Notes: generated by a model from the letters alone, not told the origin. A stretch of DNA of 61,067 nt, filler included, from 5 parts of 5 records of this genome joined end to end with filler, not necessarily neighbours in it, one strand, 5' to 3'. Numbered from the whole stretch's first letter, positions 19,559-30,731 are shown. Program-made: numbers and translations.

Positions 19559-21869
19559 TTTTTTGAATATAAAATTTTGCAGCTTAAGAAAGAGGGCGCT
19601 CATTGCATGGATAATGATTGCAACTTTTCTTACACTTTCTGTTCCTATGCCAGCCTTTGCTGCTGGAAGGATTGTCTCAATTGATGTTGAAGGCAATACT
19701 GTTACAGCTTCAGATAGCATCCTTGGTATGATAGATAGTCATGTCGGCGCGACTTACGATAGTGATCTCGTTTCAGAAGATGTCAAGACGCTTTTTAACT
19801 CAGGAAGATTCTCAGATGTTTGGGTCGATAGAAAGTCAGTTGTAGGTGGCATCAAATTAGTTTTTCATGTCACAGAAAAACCAATTATTTCTAAGATTTC
19901 TTTTGAAGGTAATAAAAAGATAAAAGACAAAGCCCTTAAAGAGACCATCACGATTGAACCTTATATCCAGCTTAATAATGTTGAGCTTGTCAGTTCGATT
20001 GAAAAGATCAAAGAGAAGTATCAGAAAAAAGATTATAATTTGGTTGAGATTAAATATCTTTTGAAACCTCAAGATGATGGGACCGCAGAACTTGTTTTTA
20101 AAATTAAGGAAAATCATAAGACGATAGTAAATAAAGTCAACTTTATTGGTAACAAAGTCTTCAAAGACAAGGTCTTAAGAAAGTTAATCAAGACAAAGAA
20201 AAAGGGGTTGCTTTCATTTATTACGAAGTCGGGTAAGCTTCAAGACGAGATGCTCGAAGCTGATGTTGCGCTTTTAATGAGACATTATCTCGAACATGGA
20301 TACTTGAGGGCAAACGTAAGTGTTCCAAGAGCTGAGATCACAAAAGATAAAAGATATATCTATGTTACATACAAACTCGAAGAGGGAAAACAATATCGTG
20401 TTCGTAATATCAATGTTGCTGGAGATATATTAACGACTCATGAAGAGTTGTTGGATCTTGTAGCGATTGAGCCCGGGACTGTTTATAATCAGCTAACTAT
20501 AGAAAGAGACATGCAAGCTCTGACCATGAAATATGGTAATGAGGGCTATGCATTTGCTTCGGTTCGTCCTATCCCTCAGATGGATGATATAGAAGAAACC
20601 GTTGATATTACATTTCTTGTTGAGAAAGGTAAGAGAATTAGAATTGAAGAGATCAATATCAGTGGAAATACAGTTACTCGCGATAAGGTTATTCGTAGAG
20701 AGTTGAAGGTTAAAGAGAACGACTTGTATAATGAAGAGCGTGTTCAGTTGAGTAAGACTAAATTGATGCAGCTCGGTTATTTTGAGACTGTTGATTTTTC
20801 TACACCCAGAGGGACCACGGACGATTCCTTGATATTGAATATTGAAGTTAAAGAAAAACCGACCGGAAGCTTTAACCTTGGAGCGGGTTTTTCGACGGTT
20901 GATAAGTTTATTTTTAATGCATCTGTTTCAAAGGAGAACTTCTTTGGCTATGGATGGAGCGGGTCGATTTCTGCGGAACTTTCAAGCAGAAGACAACTCT
21001 TCTCTATGAACTTAACCGATCCTTATTTCCTTGATACAAATTGGATGCTTGGCTTCAGTGGTTATAGAATGCTCTATAGATATCCAGAATTTGATAGGAA
21101 GTCAGTTGGTGGCGGCATAAATGTCGGCCGAAGATTGTTTGACTATTCATCGATCTCACTCGGGTATAAATTTGAAGATGTTACATTGACAGATTTTAGT
21201 GCGATTGTTCCCGATATTTTTAGACAAAACACGGGAGGTACAACCTCGGCCTTAAGTTTTTCACTTGGTCGAGATTCTAGAAATAATAGAATTTTCCCAA
21301 CAAGCGGTTCCTATAACTATGTTTCAACACAGCTCTCTGGTGCCAAGCTTGGTGGTGACAATGATTTCTTCCAGGTAACAGCAAACTCACGTTGGTATTT
21401 CCCAATTATGTGGGGTTTTGTTGCTAAGTTTAATGGTCGTATAGGCTATGTGAAGAGCTTAAATAGTTCGCCAGTTCCTCTTTTCGAAAGGTTCTTTACT
21501 GGTGGTGTCAATTCTCTACGTGGTTATTACCCACTCTCTGTCGGTCCAAAAGTTAGGATTCCTGCAAGCCCATCAGGAGGAGATACCGAGTTTGTTTACG
21601 GTGGTAATAAGGAACTTCTCTTTAATGTTGAATTGGAATTTCCAATATATAACGAAGGTGGTTTTAAGGGGGTTGTCTTCTTTGATGCAGGTAATGCATT
21701 TGCTGAACAAGAGAACTATTCCATTACAAATCTCCAGGCTGACTACGGCTTCGGTCTAAGATGGGTCTCTCCAATGGGTCCGTTACGCTTTGAGTGGGGT
21801 TTGCCAATTAATAAGAGACCAGGAGATGATGACGTAGTCTTTAACTTCACTGTTGGTACGTTCTTCTAG
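19545..21869 (+). CDS. bamA: Outer membrane protein assembly factor BamA
   Basis: Signal peptide, POTRA repeats (GNTVTRDKVIRRE), SLRGY loop and C-terminal WVSPMGPLRFEWG...FNFTVGTFF. Confidence 0.95.
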   Translation: MADYNFLNIKFCSLRKRALIAWIMIATFLTLSVPMPAFAAGRIVSIDVEGNTVTASDSILGMIDSHVGATYDSDLVSEDVKTLFNSGRFSDVWVDRKSVVGGIKLVFHVTEKPIISKISFEGNKKIKDKALKETITIEPYIQLNNVELVSSIEKIKEKYQKKDYNLVEIKYLLKPQDDGTAELVFKIKENHKTIVNKVNFIGNKVFKDKVLRKLIKTKKKGLLSFITKSGKLQDEMLEADVALLMRHYLEHGYLRANVSVPRAEITKDKRYIYVTYKLEEGKQYRVRNINVAGDILTTHEELLDLVAIEPGTVYNQLTIERDMQALTMKYGNEGYAFASVRPIPQMDDIEETVDITFLVEKGKRIRIEEINISGNTVTRDKVIRRELKVKENDLYNEERVQLSKTKLMQLGYFETVDFSTPRGTTDDSLILNIEVKEKPTGSFNLGAGFSTVDKFIFNASVSKENFFGYGWSGSISAELSSRRQLFSMNLTDPYFLDTNWMLGFSGYRMLYRYPEFDRKSVGGGINVGRRLFDYSSISLGYKFEDVTLTDFSAIVPDIFRQNTGGTTSALSFSLGRDSRNNRIFPTSGSYNYVSTQLSGAKLGGDNDFFQVTANSRWYFPIMWGFVAKFNGRIGYVKSLNSSPVPLFERFFTGGVNSLRGYYPLSVGPKVRIPASPSGGDTEFVYGGNKELLFNVELEFPIYNEGGFKGVVFFDAGNAFAEQENYSITNLQADYGFGLRWVSPMGPLRFEWGLPINKRPGDDDVVFNFTVGTFF

Positions 21870-21949
21870 TTTTGACCTCACAGAATTAGAATTGTTATAC
21901 CCAACCGCTTTAATTGTTGCTTATTAAAACTAAGTATGACTGCAACTTA

Positions 21950-21989
21950 ACCCTAAGAATTCCAATTATATTATTGGGATTCTTAGGGT
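21950..21989. other. 17-bp stem hairpin between bamA and skp
   Basis: ACCCTAAGAATTCCAAT / ATTGGGATTCTTAGGGT, one G-U pair, 6-nt loop. Confidence 0.65.
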
Positions 21990-22041
21990 AGTTTTGTAAT
22001 AGAAATTGGCTAGTTAGAGCCTATTTAGGGCATTATTTTGC

Positions 22042-22070
22042 TTGCATGCTATAAATCTTTACACTATAGT
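22042..22070 (+). promoter_or_regulatory. Sigma70-type promoter for skp
   Basis: TTGCAT-17 nt-TATAGT, about 60 nt before the start codon, which has an AAGGAGG RBS. Confidence 0.6.
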
Positions 22071-22132
22071 GCGGCTTCAAATCGCTGGTATAATTAAGTA
22101 TTATCAGGAACTTATTTAAAGGAGGAGTTACC

Positions 22133-22666
22133 ATGAAAAAACTATTAACATTCTCTATCATCTCTTTGATAGCGATCTCTTTTGCTGTAACATCATTTGC
22201 CGCAAATTCAGATGCTCAAAGTGGGCAAATTCGTATTGCAGTCGTTGATTTAGCAAAAGCCCTTAATGAAGTAAATGAGGGTAAAAGAGCAAAAGCAAAT
22301 CTTGAAAAAGAGTTCAAGAGTAAAAAGGCTTCACTAGAAAAAATGAAGAAGGATATTGAAAATCTTCAGAAAGAAGTGAAGGAAAAAAGTGCTATTTTGA
22401 GCCAGGAAGCTATGAGAGGCAAGCAGGAAGAATTTCAGAGAAAATTCATGCAGTACCAACAGAGTGCAAAAGAGTTCACTGAAGAGTTGGCTCGTAAAGA
22501 AGGTGAGATGACTAACAAAATTATCGGCAAGCTCAGAACAACAGTTCAAAGTATTGCAGCTAAAGATGGTTACACCTTTGTATTTGAAAAATCTCAGGGT
22601 GGAGTTGTCTACGGTCCTTCTAATGCCGACATCACAAACAAGGTTATTAAGCAGTACAATAAATAG
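22133..22666 (+). CDS. skp: OmpH/Skp periplasmic chaperone
   Basis: Signal peptide, RIAVVD, long coiled coil, GYTFVFEK and ADITNKVI; follows bamA. Confidence 0.92.
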   Translation: MKKLLTFSIISLIAISFAVTSFAANSDAQSGQIRIAVVDLAKALNEVNEGKRAKANLEKEFKSKKASLEKMKKDIENLQKEVKEKSAILSQEAMRGKQEEFQRKFMQYQQSAKEFTEELARKEGEMTNKIIGKLRTTVQSIAAKDGYTFVFEKSQGGVVYGPSNADITNKVIKQYNK

Positions 22667-22673
22667 TTTTAGG

Positions 22674-22726
22674 GTATATCTCGGTTCTGCAGTTTCACTT
22701 TGTGGAGCTGCAGGGCAGTGATATAC
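22674..22726 (+). terminator. Long hairpin right after the skp stop
   Basis: About 25-bp stem with two mismatches: GTATATC..TTCTGCAGTTTCAC / GTGGAGCTGCAGGG..GATATAC. No U tract. Confidence 0.5.
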
Positions 22727-22838
22727 AAGACTAGCTTCATTAGGCAGGTTTGGGGATCGACGCTAATGTTAGCTTCTGTTATACAAACTGTATAATATAG
22801 ATTTTTGGCAGTTAGAATATTCAATAGTTAGGGATGGT

Positions 22839-23498
22839 ATGGTAATTAGTCAGCAGTTGCTTGACATTCTAGTCTGTTCACAATGCAAAGGCCCTCTTTC
22901 AATGGTTGAAGGTGGAAGGGCGCTTATTTGTGAATCTTGTCAGTTAAAATATCCAGTCAGAGATGGAATTCCTGTAATGCTTCTTGATGAAGCGCTGGAC
23001 CTTCGTAGTGGTCACAAAAAAGGTGAGATGGAGGGCGTTGATGTAGATATCCCCTCAACGACATTTAAGATTATTGATGGCCCAAACAAAGGATTGGTTT
23101 TTCATTTAGAAAAAGGAACATGTAAAGCAATAGGACGTTCATTGTCCGACCCAAATAGTACAGCAATGTTTAGTGTCGATTTGACAATGGCTCTTGATGA
23201 GTCGACTAAAAGATTAGTCCTTCAGTATATTTCAAAACAATTCAGAAAATCTGCGAAAGATAAAAAGGAAGTTGGTGGTGATCTAGGTTCCTTTAAACGT
23301 ACGTCTGACGTGGCTTTGGATGATGGCTCTGTGTCTCGTTTGCACGCGATGGTGTTTTATGATGAAGCTGGAGTAGGTATCCTGGATCTGGTCAGTAAAA
23401 ATGGAAGTTTTGTTAATGGTGAAGAGGTTGAATCGAGGCTTTTAAGAAAATCTGATACGATTGAAGTTGGTGAAAGCAAGATCTTATTTGAAGGATAA
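22839..23498 (+). CDS. Trm112-like zinc-binding domain fused to an FHA domain
   Basis: LLDILVCSQCKG...LICESCQLKYPVRDGIPVML (Trm112/YcaR); AIGR...VSRLHA...DLVSKNGSFVNG (FHA). Confidence 0.85.
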   Translation: MVISQQLLDILVCSQCKGPLSMVEGGRALICESCQLKYPVRDGIPVMLLDEALDLRSGHKKGEMEGVDVDIPSTTFKIIDGPNKGLVFHLEKGTCKAIGRSLSDPNSTAMFSVDLTMALDESTKRLVLQYISKQFRKSAKDKKEVGGDLGSFKRTSDVALDDGSVSRLHAMVFYDEAGVGILDLVSKNGSFVNGEEVESRLLRKSDTIEVGESKILFEG

Positions 23499-23514
23499 TT
23501 TGAGAGGAAATATA

Positions 23515-24390
23515 ATGAAGTCGATGACAGGTTATGGTTGTGCTGAAGCAAAGGTTGGGAAGGGAAAAGTCTTTATAGAGATTCGTTCTGTTAATCACAG
23601 ATATTGTGATATTCAACTAAAAATTCCACCTAGAATGAATTCCCTAGATCCATCTCTACGAAAACTGATTAAAAGCAATGTTGATAGGGGCAGAGTCGAT
23701 TTGTTTCTTGCCGAGAAGAAGGGGATCACAAAGACTAAAGAGCTTTCTCTAGATGTTGCTTTGGCAAAAAAGTATCATAAATGCTTGGAGCAGTTGCAAA
23801 AAGAATTGCGGCTCGATCAGAATGTCCATCTTCTAGAAGCAATTGATGCTAGAGAGCTGATTAATGTTGAAGATATTGGTGTTGATTATTCAAAATATTG
23901 GACAGCGATCAGAAGGATTGCGCTTCAGGCTCTAAAGAAGATGGATGCAATGCGAGTGAAAGAAGGACAGTTCTTGCTGAGAGATCAAAAAGCTCGCGTC
24001 AAAAAATTAACTTCAATGGTTATCAAGATCGAACGGCAATCAAAAGTTAGTATTAAAAAGCAGCAAGAAAAGATTAAATCAAAATTTAGAAAACTTGATG
24101 TTAAGAGCGAAAATTCAAAAGATAGAATGGAAGCAGAGATAGTGACGGCTGCTGACAAGATGGATATTGCTGAAGAGTTGACGAGGCTTAGATCTCACCT
24201 TAATCAGTTTGCTCAGATTATTTCAAGAAAAGGTCAGATGGGCAGACAGATGGATTTTCTCATTCAAGAGATGAATCGCGAAATTAACACTATTGGTTCC
24301 AAGGCTAGTGATGCAAAGATAGCCAGTTTAGTTATTAATGTAAAAGGTGAGTTGGAAAAATTGAGAGAACAGGCTCAGAATATTGAGTAA
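23515..24390 (+). CDS. yicC: YicC/YloC family endoribonuclease
   Basis: Motifs MKSMTGYG, EIRSVNHRY, EELTRLRSH, QEMNREINTIGSK and EQAQNIE; ATG 23515 follows GAGG. Confidence 0.95.
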   Translation: MKSMTGYGCAEAKVGKGKVFIEIRSVNHRYCDIQLKIPPRMNSLDPSLRKLIKSNVDRGRVDLFLAEKKGITKTKELSLDVALAKKYHKCLEQLQKELRLDQNVHLLEAIDARELINVEDIGVDYSKYWTAIRRIALQALKKMDAMRVKEGQFLLRDQKARVKKLTSMVIKIERQSKVSIKKQQEKIKSKFRKLDVKSENSKDRMEAEIVTAADKMDIAEELTRLRSHLNQFAQIISRKGQMGRQMDFLIQEMNREINTIGSKASDAKIASLVINVKGELEKLREQAQNIE

Positions 24391-24402
24391 GCAGGAGGCG
24401 TT

Positions 24403-24966
24403 GTGAAAGGTCATTTGTTTGTGATTTCAGCGCCGTCAGGTACTGGGAAAACGACAGTTATAAAGAGATTGCTTGAGGCTGATAAAGGGCTAGCCCTTTC
24501 CGTTTCTTATACAACGAGGCCCGCTCGTCCTTTGGAAAAAGACGGAATTGATTATTATTTTGTAGATAAAGAGAAGTTCAGTTCAATGGTCAAGGGTAAT
24601 AAGTTTATTGAGTGGGCTGAGTATGCAAATCAATCATATGGAACTCCCAAGAAAGAGGTCGAAGATCTCTTGAACAAAGGGGTGGACGTTCTTTTAGATA
24701 TTGAAACGTTAGGAGCCTCAAAAGTTAAGGAAAAATTTCCTGCAGCTGTTTTGATTTTCCTTGTTCCTCCTTCGTTTGATGAGCTTTTAAGAAGACTCGA
24801 AACAAGAGGGATGAATAAAGGTAAGGACCTTGAAAGAAGAGTTGAAAAGGCAAAAGAAGAGCTTTCAAGGCGTCATGAATACGATTATCAGGTAGTAAAC
24901 GATAACATTGACGAAGCATGTGACGAGGTTATTGAGATAATTAATTACTTTAGAGAAAACGAGTAA
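24403..24966 (+). CDS. gmk: Guanylate kinase
   Basis: Motifs SAPSGTGKTT, SVSYTTRPAR, DYYFV and YGTP. Confidence 0.96.
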   Translation: MKGHLFVISAPSGTGKTTVIKRLLEADKGLALSVSYTTRPARPLEKDGIDYYFVDKEKFSSMVKGNKFIEWAEYANQSYGTPKKEVEDLLNKGVDVLLDIETLGASKVKEKFPAAVLIFLVPPSFDELLRRLETRGMNKGKDLERRVEKAKEELSRRHEYDYQVVNDNIDEACDEVIEIINYFRENE

Positions 24967-25141
24967 ATCTCTACGGTCTTACTTTTGTGGCTTATTTTTG
25001 TATGGCTGCATGTAATATCACTTGGGCTAATGTCCGGGGTTCTTCTAGAGATTTACATAGACGCCGCAGGCTTTGATACGGGAAAGGCTCTAGTGGCTTT
25101 GCCACAGGAGGGGGCGACGTAAGCCCCTATAAATAGATAAT

Positions 25142-27292
25142 ATGCAACGTCTACACGATATTCTTGATATAGTACAAAGTTATGACCAAGATGCCGATCT
25201 TGATCAAATAAGGAAGGCCTATGTTTTTTCGGCGAGAGCTCATCAGGGGCAGACTCGTCGTTCTGGAGAACCCTACCTTACACACCCTGTCGGGGTTGCT
25301 GCAATTCTGGCAGAGATGAAGCTTGATGTTTCGAGCATTGTCGCTGGAATACTTCACGATACCGTTGAAGATACTCTCACTTCTCTCGAAGAAATTGAAA
25401 AATATTTCGGAACAGAAATTCGTGATTTAGTTGACGGTGTTACAAAGCTTGGAAAGATTCAATTTGCTACAACCGAAGAGAGACAAGCCGAAAATTTCAG
25501 AAAAATGATTATGGCCATGGCCAAGGATATCAGAGTTATACTGGTTAAGTTGGCTGATAGAGTCCACAATATGAGGACGCTTGAGTTTATGCCTGAGCAT
25601 AAGCAGGAAAGAATAGCCCGAGAGACCATTGAAATTTACGCTCCTATTGCCAATAGATTAGGGATTCAACGCTTCAAAATTGAACTTGAAGACTTGGCAT
25701 TAAGATATCTTAAGCCTGAAGTCTATAATTTAATTCACGACCAGATTAGAGATAAGAAGGATAAACGAGAGAAATATATAGATGATTTGAAAAAAATCGT
25801 TCTTGATAAAATGACGTCTCAAGGTTTGAAGGTTGAGATCAAGGGAAGAGTTAAACACTATTTTAGTATTCACAGAAAAATGGAAATGCAGGATATCCCA
25901 TTTGAAGAGGTCCACGATATCATCGCCTTTAGGCTCCTTGTAGATTCTATTTCACAGTGTTATGAGGCTTTGGGGATTCTCCATTCTATGTGGAAGCCAA
26001 TCCCAGGGAGATTCAAGGATTATATAGCAATGCCTAAGGCCAATAATTATAAGTCGCTTCATACGACTATTATTGGTCCGCATGGTGAGAGGGTTGAATT
26101 TCAAATCAGAACTCATGAAATGAATGATATTGCGGAAAATGGAATTGCTGCCCACTGGAAATATAAAGAGAAGAAGGGTTTAAAAGATTCAGATGAAAGA
26201 AAGTTTAAGTGGATCAGACAGCTTCTAGAGTGGCAAACAGAACTTTCAGATCCGGCAGAATTCTTGGATACAATTAAATTGGATCTTTTTGCGGATGACG
26301 TTTACGTATTTACTCCAAGAGGAGAATTGAGAGAGCTGCCAAGAGGTGCAACACCTATTGATTTTGCTTATGACGTTCACTCAGAGGTTGGGCATTCATG
26401 TGTCGGAGCAAAGGTTAATGGAAAGATTGTTCCGTTACGCTATGAGCTTCGCAGCGGTGACACCATTGAAATTTTAACGCAGAAGGGGCGTCAGCCCAAC
26501 AAAGATTGGCTGCAATTTGCAAAAACAAGTAGAGCCAAAGCAAAAATTAGACAGTTTATTAGGAGTGAAGAGCGTAACCGCGGCCTTGTTATTGGTAAGG
26601 AGTTGTTTGAGAAAGAGTGTAGACATTACGGTCGTAACGTTGGCAAGGTTTGTAAAGAAGAGCGATTGCTAGAGTTTGCGAAGAAGAAGGGCTATAAAGA
26701 TGTCGATAGTTTGATGATCGCAGTTGGGTATGGAAAGTTTTCTCCTCAACATATTCTTGAATATGTGTTTCCAAAGGAAGAACGAAAAGATGGTGAGCCA
26801 TCCACAATCAGTAAGGTTGTTCAAGCCGTCAAAAAGATTGCGGGTAGAAAAAAGGATATGGTTAAGGTCGATGGCTTTAACAATGTCTTGGTACACTTTG
26901 GTAAGTGTTGTAATCCAATACCTGGAGATTCAATTGTTGGATATGTTACAAGAGATAAGGGTGTAAGTATTCACGTAATGGACTGTCCAAAAATTATTGG
27001 TAGAGATCCCGATAGAAAAGTTTCTGTTAGATGGGAGTCCGCAGCGGGTGTACATCGTACAGTTAGAATCAAGGTTGTTTGCGTAGATAGGCCCGGAATG
27101 CTGGTTTCCATGACCGAAGCCATAACTCAGCAATCAGTGAATATCACTCAAGCATCTATAGGAACAAGACATGATCAGATGGCGGTAAATTTGTTTGATA
27201 TAGCAATTGCTGATACGGCTCAATTACGAAAGGTAATTAAATCCCTTGAAGGAATCAAGGGAGTTGTATCGGTTACACGTCTCAGAACTTAA
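25142..27292 (+). CDS. rel: Bifunctional (p)ppGpp synthetase/hydrolase, long RSH
   Basis: Intact HD motif LHDTVEDT, synthetase RFKDYIA and EFQIRT, TGS domain, CCNPIPGD and ACT domain. Confidence 0.95.
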   Translation: MQRLHDILDIVQSYDQDADLDQIRKAYVFSARAHQGQTRRSGEPYLTHPVGVAAILAEMKLDVSSIVAGILHDTVEDTLTSLEEIEKYFGTEIRDLVDGVTKLGKIQFATTEERQAENFRKMIMAMAKDIRVILVKLADRVHNMRTLEFMPEHKQERIARETIEIYAPIANRLGIQRFKIELEDLALRYLKPEVYNLIHDQIRDKKDKREKYIDDLKKIVLDKMTSQGLKVEIKGRVKHYFSIHRKMEMQDIPFEEVHDIIAFRLLVDSISQCYEALGILHSMWKPIPGRFKDYIAMPKANNYKSLHTTIIGPHGERVEFQIRTHEMNDIAENGIAAHWKYKEKKGLKDSDERKFKWIRQLLEWQTELSDPAEFLDTIKLDLFADDVYVFTPRGELRELPRGATPIDFAYDVHSEVGHSCVGAKVNGKIVPLRYELRSGDTIEILTQKGRQPNKDWLQFAKTSRAKAKIRQFIRSEERNRGLVIGKELFEKECRHYGRNVGKVCKEERLLEFAKKKGYKDVDSLMIAVGYGKFSPQHILEYVFPKEERKDGEPSTISKVVQAVKKIAGRKKDMVKVDGFNNVLVHFGKCCNPIPGDSIVGYVTRDKGVSIHVMDCPKIIGRDPDRKVSVRWESAAGVHRTVRIKVVCVDRPGMLVSMTEAITQQSVNITQASIGTRHDQMAVNLFDIAIADTAQLRKVIKSLEGIKGVVSVTRLRT

Positions 27293-27293
27293 C

Positions 27294-27485
27294 TTACGCT
27301 ACTTTTTCAACTTTTCCAGAACGAATGCATCTTGTGCAAACTTTTGCTCTCTTGGAGTTTCCACCTGATTTAATTTTGATACTTTGCAAGTTTGGCAAAG
27401 ATCTCTTTTTTGTTTTGTTGTTAGCGTGGGAAACATTGTTTCCAACCAATACGCCTTTTCCACAAATTTCACAAACCTTAGACAT
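27294..27485 (-). CDS. rpmB: 50S ribosomal protein L28
   Basis: [45 protein letters not shown] before ATG 27485. Confidence 0.96.
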   Translation of the reverse strand: MSKVCEICGKGVLVGNNVSHANNKTKKRSLPNLQSIKIKSGGNSKRAKVCTRCIRSGKVEKVA

Positions 27486-27620
27486 TACTTCCTCCGGTGT
27501 CATTTTGAATTCTCAAGAGCGGGGTACTTAGCATAAAAACGTCATTTAAATCAAGGGGTTTATGTAAAGAATGGACATTTTTTTGTTTCTAGACTGGATT
27601 TAATGATGTAGGTTAGCCTT

Positions 27621-27884
27621 ATGAGGAATAAAGAGTTAGGGGCTTTAGGCGAAAAATTAGTTGCTGAATACATAAAAAACAAAGGATTTAAGATAGTTAA
27701 GGCCAATTACTCCTGTAAGATTGGGGAGCTTGATATAATCGCGAAGAGAAAGAAAGAACTCTATTTTATTGAGGTTAAGACCAGAAAGAATAGCTTTTTT
27801 GGTAGTCCATTCGAATCTATTACATTAAAAAAACAGTCTCAAATAGCTAAAATATCTAGATATTTTCTTCAAGAAGTTGGGGGG
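27621..27884 (+). CDS. yraN: YraN family (UPF0102) protein, 3' truncated
   Basis: Motifs LGALGE, GELDIIA and FIEVKTR. Confidence 0.9.
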
Positions 27885-27984
27885 NNNNNNNNNNNNNNNN
27901 NNNNNNNNNNNNNNNNNNNNNNNNNNNNTTAATTAATTAANNNNNNNNNNNNNNNNNNNNNNNNNNNNNNNNNNNNNNNNNNNN
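27885..27984. other. Artificial contig spacer
   Basis: 44 N + TTAATTAATTAA + 44 N. Confidence 0.97.
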
Positions 27985-30731
27985 TTTTTTATCTTACTTA
28001 ATTTTCCTGCTTTCAGGCGGTAAAAAAATACCTGTTGACTGTAGGTTTCCATCGTTATCCTTGCAATCCCAGTTTGTCATATGCATTCCGGCAGATTGTT
28101 TTGTGTTCACAATTGTTTTCAAATGTTTGCCAATTAGGTCAAATATCTCAAGTTGAATCCTTGTATCACTGGGCAGATAATAACTGATTTCCGTTCCTGA
28201 ATTGAATGGATTCGGGTAATTTTGATTTAACTGAAACTGCTGAGGCAGATCAACCTGAATCCTCACTGTCGAAGAGAAAGTGAAACTGCCATCTTTACTG
28301 ATTTGTTTTATGCGATAGTCATATTGTGCATTTTTAAGATTACTATCATAGAATGTATAGATATTGCCATTTATCTTATTGTCGGGGGACAAAAAACCAA
28401 TTCTAGTGAAATGATTATCACCCTGACTACGCTGAATTTCAAATCCAGAGGTAGTGGCATTTTGGCTGGCCTGCCAGATCAGGCAGACTTGACCGTTCAG
28501 AAAAGATGCCTGTAAATTCAACAGATCTACTGATACAGGAAGGCCTGTAATGATCAGTTCAGGATCTCCTGATTTTTTAAACAAAACATTATAGGTTCCG
28601 ATACTGACACCAATTTCTTTATCACTCGTAATGAGCTCTGCTTCATCAGCGATTACTGTCGGGGAATCTTTATCCAGTTCCGCATCAACAGCCTGAAGAA
28701 CATGAACAAAATATTGCTCGGTTATATTTTTGGTTGCTGTTACTTTATATATACTCTCTGTTTTCAATTCTGTTACCTGAGCCGGAAACAGACGTTTAAT
28801 CCACAAACTGCCATCACCGTTTACAATTTTTACCAGGTCATCTGCCATAGATACAGGTAAACCTGCCGGATCCACAACCCAACTTTTTTTGGTCTGCGCA
28901 TCCCTGGTCACAACTCTGTCGTAAATGACAAATATATTAGACTCTTTAATCCATACAAATCCACGCGTAAATTTTTCCAACTTTTGAGGATTGTAAGCAT
29001 TTGTTGCATCACCGAATACATAATCATATTGATCATTACTCTCAAATGCCTGGATGCCGGGCCCTACATCCCATTGAGAACCAGGGGAGTATGTTTCAAC
29101 TCCATCTGATACAGTGGGGAAATCAGTTATTTCTCGTTGATATTTGTTATTGATATAAATAGTATTATGGTTCCCCTCTATCAGCCAATCTTTACGCATA
29201 ATATGAAATGAATTCTGAGCATACGGTTCCAATTCGCCCCAGTGATAGCGCTGGCAGATAAACAAGGCAGCGAGATCATTAGGAGAGGTAAATCCTGAAC
29301 GCATAGCAACCCAACCCAATTTGGCAAAATGCCTCGTGCCGCATCCAAGTTCATTGGCTGAGCGTGGATTGGGCCATTTTTCCTCCCATATTAATTGGTC
29401 AAACATACAATATGAACCTCCATCCACGAATGCATCAGGAGCTATCTCATTGCGTACATAACCAGCAAGCTCACCTAACCACCGCTGCTCAGGATCAGAA
29501 GAAAAGCGACGGCGGGAAGTGACAAACAGAGGAGCGATCCACTGATAGCGGTTGCCACTATCTTCACCTACAGCAAATTCACCGTTTGGATACACCATAT
29601 GGTTTTGAAATTCGATCGCATACTTTAGCACTCCTGTGCTGAAAACAGAGGTTTCAAACGCTTTCCCTGTGGCTGTGTAATGAGCAAATAGAAATGGAGC
29701 TATACGATATACAAACATATCTTGATAACCACTAGAATGAAATTCACCTGCCATACTACTCAAGCCCAAGTGCCAGCCACCACTACCTCCCTGTTCATTT
29801 AAGACAGGGAGAATCTTTCCTATCCAATACTTATCAAATTCATCCAAATACTGTTTTGCCTTGGCATTATTAGAAGCGCTAATCCTCGGCCTGAAGGCTC
29901 ATACAGAGCTAAACCAGCTATAAAATAACAATATTTTGCAATGTGATTTCCGTTGAAAAAATGCCCCTGCCCTTGTGCGTCATCACGCATATATTCAGCA
30001 ACACTCACAATCTTGTTCTGTAGTTCCGTTCTATCTGCTTCCGACAACACAGGAGTTATACCATCTGAATATTTACGATCCACAAGCCAATCATAACCCA
30101 CAGAAGCATTGAGAATTCCGGAAGCACCTACATAACTGTAATCATCCTTACCCTCCTCTGCATATGCTAATAACTTGGCACGCGCGTCTGCTAATAAATC
30201 ATTTTCTGTATATTTAGGATTATAATCTGGATTTCGAGATGTACTTGGTAAATCTGCGGGAAAATTCCACTCTTCATAACGTGCTCTCGCTTCTGCCGCT
30301 ACGATGGTCCATAAATATCTTCTTCCGAATGTGGCATAATCTATTATTCCAAACACCCGAGGATCTTCTGCTTTATTATATACATAGCAAAATTCATATT
30401 TTTCCTGATCATTGTCTGGATCACTCTTTTTCATAGGTTCGCCGTGGATAATTCTCCAGACAAAAGAGCCAAGATTATCTTTATTCCAATCCCAATTGCC
30501 TCTCATCCATAACCTGGGGTGATAATCAACAATCAAATCTGCTGTTGAAGTAACTCCCGATCGAATTTGCTTTTCTATTTCAGAAGAATAATCTTCTGTT
30601 GCCAAGAATTTCCGTTCCTTAGGAGAAAAATCCATAGCTGCACACAGTTCGCTTTGTATTATGAAAGTTATTTCGAGCACTCCAACCAATATTACTATCG
30701 CAATCTTTAAAAATTTTAAATAATCTAGCAT
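27985..30731 (-). CDS. Secreted heparinase II/III-like protein with C-terminal FlgD-Ig/sorting domain (reconstructed across frameshifts)
   Basis: ORFs 29820-30731 and 27994-29847 join with one added base at ~29882 (GISASNNAKAKQYLDEFDKYW). Features include WVAMRSGF, QNSFHI, HNTIYIN, GDATNAY, FVIYDRV and the tail LNQNYPNPFNSGTEISYYLP. Confidence 0.65.
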
